From positions 17,734,001-17,798,000 of the forward strand of contig CM075990.1 of assembly GCA_038087875.1 (NCBI GenBank): 64,000 bases of DNA. The letters run 5' to 3'. Made by a program: the position numbers and the translations under genes. The DNA comes from Malacoraja senta. Taxonomy: Eukaryota. This document shows positions 62,673 to 64,000 of this stretch, in pieces (position 1 is the first letter of the stretch; the number at the start of each line of letters is the position of its first letter). The notes under the pieces were generated by a model that saw only the letters and a list, made by a program, of their open reading frames with translations, did not search any database and was not told the origin of the DNA.

Positions 62673-64000
62673 TGTGGACCAAAGGGCCTGTTTCTCTGCT
62701 GTCCTGTTCTATGTTCTTGTTGATAATCCCTCCTACTTTTGCATTCAATTTCCTTAAGCAAGAAACAATAACATTGTTAATTTTATTAATAATAATTTGC
62801 AATGCAGATCATGCTCCGTCTCCCAGACCTCTCTGCACCTAGTCAGGTCTCTATCACTTGCTATGTAGGTCATCTTTTGGCAATGACATATTGCAGCCAG
62901 GTGCTGGATATGTTGTTGCAAGGTCCAAGAACAATAACTAGGTTACTAGTAATATGTTGCCTGCATCAACCTAGTTGTAACTTGGAAATAAAAAGGCATT
63001 GATAACCATGAAATATGGAACAAATTTATTCAGTTGTACACAAAAACATTCTGGAATTTTTACTAGACGTCAGCAAAAGCTAACAAAAGGCATCATTATA
63101 AAGATGGAATTACACAGAGCTGATGCACAGACCTCTGCAAAACACTGTTTTACACACTCCTTTATTACTTTCAATTAAGCAAAATGCAAATGTAAACATT
63201 AAAGACCTCTGATTTGAACTTGTTAAATAACAGTAATACTGAACAGTACTTGAAACCTATAAATAAACAGGCTAGAGTTCCTTTATTATGGGGCTTCATG
63301 TTTATCCATAGAATTGTTAAAAGGTAATTAATTAACTGGGTGCTTGTAAGATAAAAGTTCTGATGTCTAACTTTGTTGTTTTAAATGAAACACTTGAGTT
63401 GTACAGTCTCACGCTCACAAACATCCAGCCTGTACTGAACAATGTTTTGATACTGAATGTTCCCTTTAGTTTGCAATCTTATTCAACACCAGGCTATTCT
63501 ACAGCATTCCCATTGATGCCACTGGATCATATCTCCCCTTCAGCGGGTTTCCACCTATGGGCACTTTGACAGGGTCAACACCTCTCACTTGCAGAGTTGA
63601 CAAAATATCAAAGGCTTATCGCCACTGTATCCCGCTCACTTTCCTTCATCTCACTCTGTTAATTTGAGCCTGACCAGGTTCTATTTCAAATGAAATGCAA
63701 GGGAACATTCCAGGCAGAGGGTCCTTCTGTGTAGGAAGCAGTGGCAGGTGGGACTGGCAGGACTGACCCACAGTCTCTCAACCTCTGACCATTGTACAAA
63801 CCAGAACACTCACATGCCCATTTGATTCGATCATCACTAACCTATCTGTCTCATTCCTTGCCAGTGATCGTTCCCAGAGTTTACACAGCACGACAAGAAT
63901 AATTTGTAGATTTGAACTCAAGGCACCAATGATTAAGAAATCAGCTGGTCCCAGTTGTCAGAAAGAGAATAAATGCATTTCATAATGCACTGGGTTACAA

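Overview
Vertebrate genomic DNA, very likely an elasmobranch (skate/ray/shark). This is inferred from the repeat mix of CR1 LINEs, HE1-like tRNA-derived SINEs and Penelope-like elements (PLEs); no prokaryotic features or CRISPR arrays are present. Three protein-coding genes can be read. (1) The last (tail) exon of a neurofilament gene (+, 16318-18939) carries about 61 heptad SGDKSPQ repeats. Its head and rod exons are lost in a 200-N gap, and it has a 1-bp frameshift that is probably an assembly error. (2) A complete 3-exon NEFM/INA-like type IV intermediate filament gene (+, 31698-35960, 812 aa) has a KSP-free, Glu-rich tail. (3) A complete VDAC2 gene (-, 8 coding exons, 50834-46038, 283 aa) has a probable non-coding first exon and promoter near 57.2 kb, followed directly by a 1.6-kb 20-bp minisatellite. 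The most notable non-genic signal is a minimal hammerhead ribozyme motif (CTGAAGA-A-stem II-GAAAC-GTC). It sits in the PLE terminal repeat and recurs in roughly 15-20 short dispersed copies as solo, inverted-pair and tandem forms. Gene-family, taxon and synteny calls come from reading the sequence and recalled knowledge, not database searches. Repeat boundaries are approximate.
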